Source: Bradymonadia bacterium (GTDB lineage Bacteria; Myxococcota_A; Bradymonadia; UBA7976; UBA1532). From it: a DNA stretch of 64,000 nt. The stretch spans positions 493-64,492 of the forward strand of contig JBMOFP010000004.1 in assembly GCA_049318805.1 (NCBI GenBank). The letters are read 5' to 3'. The position numbers were made by a program, and so were the translations under genes. The notes beneath the pieces are model-generated. The model worked only from the letters and a program-made list of their open reading frames with translations. It was not told the DNA's origin and searched no databases. This document shows, in pieces, positions 9,532-20,108 of the stretch (positions within the stretch are counted from its first letter, which is position 1; every line of letters starts with the position of its first letter).

Positions 9532-11973
9532 TCAGAACCTCGCCAGGGCCTGACCGAAGACGCTGTAACCGCCCTTCGGCATGGGGCGGCTCTGGACCCG
9601 GTCTTCGAAGTAGAAGTCGGGGTCCGGGCGCTCGGTGTCGAGCAGGTCGTAGCCGAAGACAGAGAACTCGAGGCGGTCGTGCCACACGTGGGTCACCCGC
9701 AGGCCCGCCCGCAGGAGCAGCGCGGCGTCGATGCGGTCCACGATGAGGTCCGCGGCGTCGACGATGCGCAGGCCGTTGCCCGCGTCCGTGCCCGAGGCCG
9801 GGTCGCGGTTGAGGTCCTCCTGGGGGCCAATCCAGGTGAAGCCGGTCGTCAGCTCGAGATGCCGCGGCACGAGCTGCAGCTTGAAGCCGCCGGTGAACGT
9901 CACGTTCGGGAAGTTGCGCAGCGGGCCGAGCACCGAGTCCTCGGCGCGGTTGAACGCGCCCCCGAGCCAGACCTCGTGCTCGCCCGTGAGGTCCAAGCGC
10001 GCGAGCGTCTCGACCGCGTGGATCCCGCGCTGCCCGGAGTTGCTGAAGCGACCGCTGACGTTGCGGACCAGGTCGCTCAGGACCGTGTACGCGTAGTCTG
10101 CGCGGAGATAGAGGCGCTGGACCGGACCCACGCCCTCGAGCACCACGGCGTTGACCTCGGCCTCGGTGGCCCGGGAGCGCTCGACCCCGAGGTCGGGGTT
10201 GCTCTCGAAGCCCACGTTGCTCACGGCGAGGTCGTTCACCCGGGTGGCTTGGAGCTCGGGCGGGCGGAAGCCCTCGGCGTAGTTGAGCTTGAGGAAGACC
10301 TTGTCGACGACGTTCCAGACGAGCGCGCCGCTCACGAGCCCCACGGGGTCGTAGGAGTCGGAGAACTGGAGGCGAAAGCCCGGCTGCAGGGCCACCACGC
10401 TCGACGGTCGCCACTCATCCGAGACGTAGAGCGCGCCGACCGTGCGCGTCGAGTCGAAGACGAGCGCGTCCACGAAGCGACAGTCGTCGGCGAAGTCGGC
10501 GGTCACGACCTCGCCCCGGATCAGAACCTGCTGCGGGCCCGCAGGCGGGCAGCGCCCCGCGCCGCTCACGGGGCGCGGGTAGATGCCCTGCGCCGCGAAG
10601 GGATCGCTGCTGTCGGGCTCGGCGAGCTCCGGGAAGATGCGCGGGCTGCGCAGTCGATCGCCCCGCTTGGCGCCGGAGAGCGACTCCCGAAAGCCCTCGA
10701 CGCCGAAGATGAGGTGGTTCTCCGCGGGCAGCTCGATGTCGGCGTCGATGTTCGCGCCCACGCGGTACAGCGCGTCCGCGCCGAGCGTGATGACGATGCC
10801 GTTCTCGAGCCCGGGCACCGTCGCCGGCGGGAAAGCCCAGAACGGGTCCTCGTCCAGCGTGAACCGGGCGCCGTACACACGCGTGGCCACGCCGAAGCGG
10901 TCGTCGAGGAAGCGCCGACGCCAGCCGATGCCCGCGGTCTGGAGGGCGTCGTTGCCGAGGGTCTCCTCCTGCACGACCTGCCCGTTTTGCACACCCTCGA
11001 GCAGCGCGCCGCCCGTGGCGAGCTGCCGGTAGTCCTGCTCGAACTCCAGGAGCCAGTCCACCGTGAGCTGGTCGAAGAAGCGCACATTGCCCACGGAGGC
11101 CAGCCACCAGTCGCGGCTGTTGAAGTCCGTGACGCCGTCCTCGAGCGTGAACAACGACTTGCTGTCGGGCTCCGGCGCAGGGAGCGCTCCGAGCACCTTC
11201 TTCGAGTCGGTCTTCAGCAGCGCGCCCTTGTCCGAGTAGTACGAGAGCGCCGTGTAGAGCTTGATGTCGCCCTCGAGGAACTCGGCGCCGTAGGCCACGT
11301 GCCCCTTCGCCGCGGCGCGGGCGCTGTTCCCGTGGCCGCCGCCCACGAGGACCTCGACGCCGTCCAGGTCCGAGGCGTCCTTGAGGATGATGTTCACGAT
11401 GCCGAGCAACGCGTTGCTGCCCCAGAGCACGCCGCCGGGGCCGTTGGTGACCTCGATGCGTTTGATGGTCTGAACGGGGATCCGGTAGTCGAGCGAGAGC
11501 CCGTTGCGCAGGGGCTCCGTGACGTTGACGCCGTTGATGAGCACGAGCAGCGTACGCGGCTGCCCGCGGACCACGGCCTCGTCGAACCAGCCGTTGGAGT
11601 CGACGCGATGCCCCTCGAAGCCGGGCACCATCTGCAGGGCCTCGGACACGGTCCGGTGGCCGCGTTCGGCGATCTCCTCGGCGGTGATGACCGTGATGAT
11701 GCCGGGCGCCTCCTGGATCGTCGTGCGCGTACGGGCCGCGGCCAGCACGACGTTGCGCTCGTCGACCTCGAACTCCTCGAGGATGACCGGCGCGGGCGTG
11801 GCGGCCGCGTTGGCGGGCCGCTCGGCGGGGGCGGGACCGCTGGGGGCGGGCTCACCGGGCGGCGGGAGCGACTCGGGCAGCGGGGCGATCTCTTGCATCT
11901 GCGCTCGGGCCGGGGACGCGACCAGGGCGAACCCGACGAGATGCGCGAGCGCGGTGCGGGCAGCGATGCGCAT
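9532..11973 (-). CDS. TonB-dependent receptor
   Basis: Signal peptide, plug motifs (APGIITVITAEEI, IKRIEVTNGPGGVLWGSNALLGIVNII), barrel motifs (YAEGFRPP, NPDLGVERS) and terminal Phe. Likely start ATG 11973. Confidence 0.95.
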   Translation of the reverse strand: MRIAARTALAHLVGFALVASPARAQMQEIAPLPESLPPPGEPAPSGPAPAERPANAAATPAPVILEEFEVDERNVVLAAARTRTTIQEAPGIITVITAEEIAERGHRTVSEALQMVPGFEGHRVDSNGWFDEAVVRGQPRTLLVLINGVNVTEPLRNGLSLDYRIPVQTIKRIEVTNGPGGVLWGSNALLGIVNIILKDASDLDGVEVLVGGGHGNSARAAAKGHVAYGAEFLEGDIKLYTALSYYSDKGALLKTDSKKVLGALPAPEPDSKSLFTLEDGVTDFNSRDWWLASVGNVRFFDQLTVDWLLEFEQDYRQLATGGALLEGVQNGQVVQEETLGNDALQTAGIGWRRRFLDDRFGVATRVYGARFTLDEDPFWAFPPATVPGLENGIVITLGADALYRVGANIDADIELPAENHLIFGVEGFRESLSGAKRGDRLRSPRIFPELAEPDSSDPFAAQGIYPRPVSGAGRCPPAGPQQVLIRGEVVTADFADDCRFVDALVFDSTRTVGALYVSDEWRPSSVVALQPGFRLQFSDSYDPVGLVSGALVWNVVDKVFLKLNYAEGFRPPELQATRVNDLAVSNVGFESNPDLGVERSRATEAEVNAVVLEGVGPVQRLYLRADYAYTVLSDLVRNVSGRFSNSGQRGIHAVETLARLDLTGEHEVWLGGAFNRAEDSVLGPLRNFPNVTFTGGFKLQLVPRHLELTTGFTWIGPQEDLNRDPASGTDAGNGLRIVDAADLIVDRIDAALLLRAGLRVTHVWHDRLEFSVFGYDLLDTERPDPDFYFEDRVQSRPMPKGGYSVFGQALARF

Positions 11974-11980
11974 GCGAGGC

Positions 11981-11989
11981 ACGCTAGCA
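11981..11989 (-). promoter_or_regulatory. Extended -10 (TGcTAGCGT), likely leaderless start of the TonB receptor
   Basis: On the minus strand, TAGCGT lies 7 nt before ATG 11973, with no Shine-Dalgarno. Confidence 0.5.
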
Positions 11990-12017
11990 CGATCCTGGGT
12001 CTCCGCAAACCCGCCCT

Positions 12018-12073
12018 TCGGGTCGGGCGTCGGGTCGGGCGTCGGGTCGGGCGTCGGGTCGGGCGTCGGGTCG
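12018..12073. repeat. Tandem repeat (TCGGGTCGGGCG)x4.7 in the divergent intergenic region
   Basis: Read directly from the sequence: 12-bp units starting at 12018, 12030, 12042 and 12054, plus 8 bp. Confidence 0.95.
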
Positions 12074-12094
12074 ATCCAGGGGGGCGGGTCGGTG

Positions 12095-12100
12095 TAGGGT
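12095..12100 (+). promoter_or_regulatory. -10 box (TAGGGT), likely leaderless start of the kinase
   Basis: 7 nt before GTG 12108, no Shine-Dalgarno. Confidence 0.4.
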
Positions 12101-12107
12101 CGGGGCC

Positions 12108-13307
<1,200 letters not shown>

Positions 13308-13381
13308 GCCCGGGTCGGTCGGTGTCGTCGCGCCGGGGGGTTTGACGCCGCGCCGCGCCCGTGCGCTGATTCCCGGCGCCC

Positions 13382-16300
13382 GTGAACGATACCCGTCCCG
13401 CTCCCAATCCGGCCCCGCTTCTGCCCGACGAGGCGGCGTGGCGACGCCTGTCCGTTCAGCTTGCCCGGCGGGCGGCCGCGCTCAGCGAGCCCCTGGCCGT
13501 GGCGCGCTTGCACCACCAACGCGGCGAGGTGGAGCGCCTCGAGCTCGACGACGCCACGACGGCGCAGGGGAGCTACGAGCGTGCGCTCGACGAGTCGCCC
13601 GGTTTTGTGCCGGCGGAGCTCGCGCTGCGGGACCTGGCGCTCTCGCGGGACGACCCGGCGGCGGCGAGCACACTCTTCGACCGCGTGGTCGCGCTCCCGC
13701 TCCTCGGCGGTGAGGCGCGCGAGCGCGCCGAGTTCTTCGAGTCCTTCCTGCTCGCGTGGCTCTTCCGGTGGCGCGATCCGCAGAAGGCGGTGGTCTGCCT
13801 TCGGGCCCTGGAGGCCATGGAGCCCGCGCCGCGGCTGGTGCGCGCCCTCGAACCCCTCTTTGTCGAGGCCGAGGTGCGGCGAGATCGGCTCCGCGCGCGT
13901 TTCGAGGAGTCACCCCCCGGCGCCGAGCGTGCGGCCCTCGGTGGGGCGCTGGCGATGCTCCTGCGGGACGAGCTGGACGACGGGGACACCGCGTACGCCG
14001 TTCTCGACGCCTGCGCCGACGAGGACACCATGTCGGCCTGGCTCCTGTGCGAGGCCCACGCCGAGGCCGCGGACGCCGAAGGCCTGGTCGCCGCCCTCGA
14101 GCGCCTCGCCCGCCTTCTGCCCGGCTCCATGGCCGCCGCGCTGCATCACCTGTGCGGCGAGCTGTCGGAGCATCGACTCGGCGATCCGCTCCGGGCCGAC
14201 GTCTTCTACGAGCGGAGTCGCGGGGGCACGTTCCACGCGGCGGTCTCTGTGCGGCGCGTTCTGCAGAGCCTCTCCGGCGGCGCCCGCGCGACGCAGCCGG
14301 GGGTCTCGAGCGCCGACCTCCTCGTGCGCCGATATGCTGAGGAGGCCGAGGCCCTCGACGAGCTCGGGCTCGGTCGTGTCTTCGCGCGCCGCGCCGTCGC
14401 GTTCGCCCACCGCCGCGGCGAGACCGCGTACGCCGAACGCCTGGCCCGCGATGCGCTGACCCGCGCGCCCGACGACGAGTACCTGTGGACCTATCTCGCC
14501 CGCGCCGCGTGGCGTGATCGTCGATGGAGCGCGCTCACCGAGCTCTGGCGCGCGCGCGGGGAGCGAGGCGGCGCACCCACGGACCAGACCGTGGACCGGC
14601 TGGTCCGATCGGCCATCGCCGAGCACGCGCGCTTCGACGCGGCCGCGGCGGTCGAGGCGTTGACGACCCGAGGCGGCGAACATCGGGCCCGGGCCGACCG
14701 CGACCTGACGGCCTTGCGGGCGCTGCAAAGGCTTCGCGCCGTAGGGTCCGCGGGCGAGCGGGTGCGCGCATGGCAGAACGAAGCGGACGCGACCGACCAC
14801 GCCGACCGACGCCTCGACCTCTTCCTGAAGATCGGGCGGACGCTGCTCCGCCACACCCACGAGCACGAGAAGGCGCTCACGTACTTGTTCTGGGTCCTGG
14901 ACGGGGCCGCGGAGAACCTGTCGGCGCTCCGGCTGGTCGAGGGCATCTGTCGCGCGCGCGGCAGCATGCGTCCCCTCGCCGAGACGCTCGCGCGCGAGCT
15001 CCCGCTGCTGGACCTCCCGCAAGACCGCGCGCCCCTCGCCCGTGAGTTGGCGCGGGTCTCCCACGGGCTCGGCGTGGAGCCCGAGCGGGGCGTCGCGCTT
15101 TGGGAGGCGGCCTACGCCGACGATCCTACGGACTCCGAGACCATCGAGGCCCTCGCCCGGGGCTACGGGCGTCTCGGTCGCGACGACGCGCTCCATCGGC
15201 TCTGGCAGACATGCCTCGTCACCGAGACGCGGCCCGAGGTGCGGGCCCAGGCGCACGTGCGGCTCGCGGAGCTGGCGCTGCGCCTTCAGCGCGGGGTCGA
15301 GGATGCCTCGGCCCAGGTCGCGTTCGCCGAGACCGAGGCGCGGCTCGCGGGTGCGCTGCCGGCCATGCGCGACTCCCTGGGGGCGCTGCGGGGTGAGATC
15401 GCGCGCAGGCGCGCCACGCTCGACGCCGAGCTCGCGGAGTTTGCCGAGGGTGTGGTCGACGTCGAGCTCGACCTCGACGACGAGCTCGACACGAGCGGGT
15501 CCCTCCAGGACTTCGAAGGGCCACCGACCCGGCCGGAGATCGTCGCCGCGCCGTTCAGCCGCGACGAGGCCGATCCTTTCGCGCGGTTCGTCGGAGACCA
15601 GGCCGGTGGTCGCCCGCTGCCTCCATTGCCGACCCCGTCCCCCGCGATGCTTCGAGCCTCGAACGCGCCCTCCACCCTCGGCAGCGCCCGCGCCCTGACC
15701 CCGCCCCCCAAGACCCTGCCGCCCGGCAGCCTGCCGCCGCTGCCTTCGGTCTCGGGTCGGGTGACTCCGGTGCCGGCGCCGCCGCCCCTCCCCCTGGGTG
15801 AGGAGACCGAGCGGGCGCGCGAGGACGAGCCGGCCCGCGCGGTCATCGCGCGCAAGCTGCGCCGCGCGCGCGGAGAGCCCGACGCGCCGACGGAGTCGTG
15901 GCCGGACCATGGCTCGCCGATGCTGGTCGCTCTGGTGGAGGCCGTCGTGGACGCCGAGCGGACCGGTGAGGAGGCCTCGGTGCGTGCCGCCCGCGTGGCC
16001 GAGCTCGCACGGGCCTACACGGCCGAGGGCGCCCTCGCGGACGCGGCGCGCGCCTGGAAGGCCGTCCTGGCGTGGCGGTCCGGCGACGCGGAGGCGGAGG
16101 GCTCGCTGGTCGAGGTGATGCGCCGGCTCGCGAGCGCGGGCGACACCACCGCTGCTGCGTCGCTGGCGGAGGTTCTGGTCTGGCAGGCGGAGCGCAGCGT
16201 CGAACCGACCCGCCGCCACGCGCTCCTGCTCGAACTTTCTCGCCTCCGGCGCGTCGTGCTCGCGGACCCGATCGGCTCGGCCGAGGCACTCCGAGCCGCG

Positions 16301-19300
16301 CTGGCCGTCGCCCCGGCGCCGGAGGCGCGCGCCGAGGTCGTCGAGGCCCTCCGCACCGCGGGACTCTTCGACGCGCAGGCGGAGTTGCTCGCGTGGCCGG
16401 CGACCGCGCCCGAGCAGGCTGCGGGCCCCGTGGCCCTCGAGGTCGGTCGTGTCTACCTGGTGCGCGCGGGTGCCGCCGAGAAGGCGCTCCCGTGGCTCGT
16501 GCGCGCCGCCGAGGCCTCCGCCCCCGGCGAAGCGGACCCCGACCTCGCGGTCTGCCTCGCGGCGCTCGGCCGAGTCTCGGAGGCGCTCGCGCGCATCGAC
16601 GCGTCGACGAACGAGTCGGCCCCCACGGCGACCCAGCGCATTCGCCTCGCGCGCCTGCTGGAGGAGCAGGGCGTCGACGTCGAGACCGTGCGCGGGCTCT
16701 ACGTGGCGGCCTTCGAGAGCGGCAGTCGCGACGACGACGTGCTCGACCGTGTGGAGCAGCTCGCGGTCGCCACGCGCAACTGGGCGTTGGTGGCGCGGGT
16801 CGTGCGGGCGCAGCTCGATCGTGTCCAGGCGCGCATCTCGGCCCACACGAGCGCGGGGCTGGGAGGCGCCGCGGCCGCCGCGCCCGCCGAGTGGGACGAC
16901 GAACGCCGCGACCTCGCCGTTCGACTGGGCCACCTGTACTACAAGCGTCTCGACCGCCCGGAGGAGGCCGCCGTCGCTTTTCTCGAGGCCTACCGACTGC
17001 AGCCCGGTGACCTCGGGCTCTTTCGGGTGCTGGAGGGGCTTTTCGCGCGTCATCCTTCCCCGCCCAGACAGATCGAGCTGTGCGCGCTCTTCCTGGATGG
17101 GGCGCGTCCGAACCCGAGGGAGCGGGCGGCCCGCACCCTCGAGCTCGCCACACTGCTGGAGGCCGCGGGCCGCGTGGACGAGGCCCTCGATCGCCTCGAG
17201 TCGGCGCCCCGCACCCCCGAGATCGAGGCCGCGCTCGAGCGACTGTTGCCAGTCGGTGAGCGGTGGGCGACGCTGGTGGAGCTCCTGCGGGGGCGACTGC
17301 GCACCTCCGAGGCCGGCCGCGAGCCCCTGCTTCGGCGCCTCGCGGGCATCCTGGAGACCGGCCTGCGCGACCTCGCCGGCGCCACGGACGTGCTCCGGGA
17401 GCTGGTGGCGCTCGTGCCGCACGACCTGGCCGCCATCAAGGGGCTGTGTCGGCTCTTCGAGGCGCAGAAACGCTGGGAAGAGCTCCTCGATGCGAGCGAA
17501 GCCGAGCTGGCGTTCACCCCCGAGGCCCGTCAGCAGGCGTGGATCCTGTTCCGAATGGGCTCCGTTCAGGAGACTCAGCTCGGCAAACTCGACGCCGCCG
17601 CGCGCAGCTACAAGCGCGCCCTGGAGCTCGATCCGCGCTGTTTTCCGGCGCTGCACGGCCTGCGTGAACTCGCGGTCGCCAGCGGGCACTGGGTCCTCGT
17701 TTTGCAGTATCTGGCGCGCGAGGCCGAGCTCTGGGACGAACCGCGCGAGCGTGCGGCGATCTGCGCGCGGATGGCCGAGGTCCACCTCAAGCACCTCGGC
17801 GACCGCGACCAGGCCCTCGTGGAGTACCGCCGCGCGGTCACCGTCCACCCGGCGTGCCTTCCGGCCCTACAGGCCCTGGCCGACGATGCCGTCGCTCGGG
17901 AGGCCTGGGAGGAGGCGGCGCCGTGGTACCAGGTCCTCACGGCGCAGAACCTGGAGCGATGGCCGAAGGGTCAGCGCGCCCAGGTGCTGTTCGAGCGCGG
18001 GCGTGTGGCCTTCCACCTCGGCCGGTTCATCGAAGCGGCGGAGTGCATGCGGCTCGCGCTCGACTTTGTGCCCGAGCACACCGGCGCCCTCGAGCTGCTG
18101 GTCGAGTCGGCCCCGGGTGTGCCCGGTCCGGTCTTCGACGACGTGCTCGCGCGCATCGACAAAGCGGAGCGAGCCGCCGAGGCCGCGCGAGACGACGAGC
18201 GTCGGGCCGCCTGTGCGGCGCGGCGGGGTCGCGCGTTCGCCCGAACGTTCGATTTGGAGCGGGCCGACCAGGAGCTCCGCCGGGCGGTGCACTTGCAGCC
18301 CAGGTCCATGGCCGCGCTCCGGCCCTGGGTCGGCCACCTCGTGGGCGGACGCCGAATCACGGAGGCCGTCACCGAGCTCCGGCGATTCGCGGAGGCCCTG
18401 ACGACCGGCGCAGCGCGGGCCCTCGATGAGCCGGGCGTCCAGGCCGTCGTAGAGGCCTCGCTGTGGGAGGCGGCCCTCTGGACCGACCACCTCGAGCGTC
18501 CGGACCGTGCGTTGGAGCCTCTGCGTCGTGTGCTGGAGCACCGCGCCGACCACTTCGACGCGCAGTTCCAGATCGCGCTGAGCCAGCGCCTGCTCGGGCG
18601 CGGCCACGAGGCGCGGGACGCGCTGCACGCGTTGCTGGCGCGGGCGGAGCGTGTGGGCGCGCCGCCCGTTCAGCGCGCGCGCTGGCACCACGCCCTCGGG
18701 CGGCTTTTGGCCGACCTCTTCGACGCCCACGAGGCCGCGGTCGCGGAGTACGAGGCGGCGTTGCGTCTGGACCCCACGTGCCCTCCGGCGGTGCTGGCGC
18801 TGCTCCGCGCGTGGGTCTCGCTGGGGCGGGTCGAGGCCGTCGACGCGTGGCTCGAGGCGCACTCGGATGCCCTGGTGCTGCCGCCCAGCCCCGATCCGTC
18901 CTACGGCCTGCTGTGCATCTTCGTCGCGCGCCGACGCCGCGCGCTCGGCGATCGTGCGGGGGCGCGCTCGGTGCTCGTTCGCCTCACCGAGCGCGAAGGG
19001 CCGAACACCCGCGACGCGCGGCTCGCGCTGCTGGCGTTCGCCGAAGAGGACGGGCAGCTCGAGGAGGCGCTCGACCAGCTCGCGCGCCTTCTGGAGCGCG
19101 ATGTGTGCGATGTCGAGGCCCTGCGCCGTCTCTCGGACCTCGCGGGTCGCTCCCGTCGCGAGGACCGGCTCCTCGCCACACTCGACGCCCTCGACCTCTA
19201 CCAGGCCCTCGACCCGGACCGGGCCACGTTGCGCGCCGAGCTGAGACGCCGCGCCGACCGGCCCTACGACCGCACGGCGCGCGCCCCGGCGGACGCGCTC

Positions 19301-20062
19301 GTCGCGCAGACCCTGCACCATCCGGCCTTCGAGAGCCCCATCGTGTCGGTCATGGGGGCCCTCGATCCCGCGCTGGCGCGCCTCTTCGGCGACCGACCGC
19401 TGCCGCCGACGCGTCGACTCGAGCGCCCCGTGCCGGAGTGGCGCTGGGTGCAGGGCCTGGCGGGGCAGCGCGGGCTCGAGCTGGAGCAGGCGGACGACCT
19501 CGTGGAGCCCATCGCGTTGCGGCCCGGAGAGCGACCCGCCGTCGTGCTCGGGCAGGCGTTCTTCGCACCCGAGATCGGCCCCGCCCACCGTCGATTCTGG
19601 CTCGCGCGGGCGGTCTTCCACGTGCGGTCGGGCACGACCCGAGCGCACGAGCTCGAGACGGAGCGCGCCCTGGAGCTGATGCGTGCCATCGAGGGGCTCT
19701 TCACGCCGAGCGCCGACACCCAGGACCGCGCCGCCTCACTGCTCGACGCCTTGCCCCCTCGGGTCGCCGAGACCCTTCGCCCGGAGATCGAGCGACGTCG
19801 ACAGGGCACGCTCCCCGCGCTGTACACCGGGGAGTCGGCGCTCACGGGCATCGTGCGCAGCGCGGACCGCTTCGGGCTGCTCGCGGCCGGCAGCCTGCGC
19901 GTCGCGGTGGAGTGTTCGGCGCGGACCCCCGGGGCGCCCACCGTTCGCGGCGACGACCTGACGTGGGCCGTGCGCGCGAGCCCTCGCCTCCAGGACCTCG
20001 TGCGCTGGGGCATCTCCGAGCCGTGCGCCACCCTCCGACGCGTCGCGGGCCTGGGGTTGTGA
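13382..20062 (+). CDS. Giant TPR-repeat protein (myxobacterial AgmK-like architecture)
   Basis: 2226 aa of TPR-like helical repeats, a central Pro-rich linker and a C-terminal SADRFGLLAAGSL segment. Confidence 0.85.
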   Translation: MNDTRPAPNPAPLLPDEAAWRRLSVQLARRAAALSEPLAVARLHHQRGEVERLELDDATTAQGSYERALDESPGFVPAELALRDLALSRDDPAAASTLFDRVVALPLLGGEARERAEFFESFLLAWLFRWRDPQKAVVCLRALEAMEPAPRLVRALEPLFVEAEVRRDRLRARFEESPPGAERAALGGALAMLLRDELDDGDTAYAVLDACADEDTMSAWLLCEAHAEAADAEGLVAALERLARLLPGSMAAALHHLCGELSEHRLGDPLRADVFYERSRGGTFHAAVSVRRVLQSLSGGARATQPGVSSADLLVRRYAEEAEALDELGLGRVFARRAVAFAHRRGETAYAERLARDALTRAPDDEYLWTYLARAAWRDRRWSALTELWRARGERGGAPTDQTVDRLVRSAIAEHARFDAAAAVEALTTRGGEHRARADRDLTALRALQRLRAVGSAGERVRAWQNEADATDHADRRLDLFLKIGRTLLRHTHEHEKALTYLFWVLDGAAENLSALRLVEGICRARGSMRPLAETLARELPLLDLPQDRAPLARELARVSHGLGVEPERGVALWEAAYADDPTDSETIEALARGYGRLGRDDALHRLWQTCLVTETRPEVRAQAHVRLAELALRLQRGVEDASAQVAFAETEARLAGALPAMRDSLGALRGEIARRRATLDAELAEFAEGVVDVELDLDDELDTSGSLQDFEGPPTRPEIVAAPFSRDEADPFARFVGDQAGGRPLPPLPTPSPAMLRASNAPSTLGSARALTPPPKTLPPGSLPPLPSVSGRVTPVPAPPPLPLGEETERAREDEPARAVIARKLRRARGEPDAPTESWPDHGSPMLVALVEAVVDAERTGEEASVRAARVAELARAYTAEGALADAARAWKAVLAWRSGDAEAEGSLVEVMRRLASAGDTTAAASLAEVLVWQAERSVEPTRRHALLLELSRLRRVVLADPIGSAEALRAALAVAPAPEARAEVVEALRTAGLFDAQAELLAWPATAPEQAAGPVALEVGRVYLVRAGAAEKALPWLVRAAEASAPGEADPDLAVCLAALGRVSEALARIDASTNESAPTATQRIRLARLLEEQGVDVETVRGLYVAAFESGSRDDDVLDRVEQLAVATRNWALVARVVRAQLDRVQARISAHTSAGLGGAAAAAPAEWDDERRDLAVRLGHLYYKRLDRPEEAAVAFLEAYRLQPGDLGLFRVLEGLFARHPSPPRQIELCALFLDGARPNPRERAARTLELATLLEAAGRVDEALDRLESAPRTPEIEAALERLLPVGERWATLVELLRGRLRTSEAGREPLLRRLAGILETGLRDLAGATDVLRELVALVPHDLAAIKGLCRLFEAQKRWEELLDASEAELAFTPEARQQAWILFRMGSVQETQLGKLDAAARSYKRALELDPRCFPALHGLRELAVASGHWVLVLQYLAREAELWDEPRERAAICARMAEVHLKHLGDRDQALVEYRRAVTVHPACLPALQALADDAVAREAWEEAAPWYQVLTAQNLERWPKGQRAQVLFERGRVAFHLGRFIEAAECMRLALDFVPEHTGALELLVESAPGVPGPVFDDVLARIDKAERAAEAARDDERRAACAARRGRAFARTFDLERADQELRRAVHLQPRSMAALRPWVGHLVGGRRITEAVTELRRFAEALTTGAARALDEPGVQAVVEASLWEAALWTDHLERPDRALEPLRRVLEHRADHFDAQFQIALSQRLLGRGHEARDALHALLARAERVGAPPVQRARWHHALGRLLADLFDAHEAAVAEYEAALRLDPTCPPAVLALLRAWVSLGRVEAVDAWLEAHSDALVLPPSPDPSYGLLCIFVARRRRALGDRAGARSVLVRLTEREGPNTRDARLALLAFAEEDGQLEEALDQLARLLERDVCDVEALRRLSDLAGRSRREDRLLATLDALDLYQALDPDRATLRAELRRRADRPYDRTARAPADALVAQTLHHPAFESPIVSVMGALDPALARLFGDRPLPPTRRLERPVPEWRWVQGLAGQRGLELEQADDLVEPIALRPGERPAVVLGQAFFAPEIGPAHRRFWLARAVFHVRSGTTRAHELETERALELMRAIEGLFTPSADTQDRAASLLDALPPRVAETLRPEIERRRQGTLPALYTGESALTGIVRSADRFGLLAAGSLRVAVECSARTPGAPTVRGDDLTWAVRASPRLQDLVRWGISEPCATLRRVAGLGL

Positions 20063-20108
20063 CCTCGACGGGGTGCAAACGTTGCCCGTGCGGCGTGAAC
20101 GGGGAACA

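Noticed and set aside
11983-12107. Cobalamin or other riboswitch ahead of the TonB receptor
   Set aside because: No conserved riboswitch motifs. The gap is filled by a tandem repeat and the gene looks leaderless.
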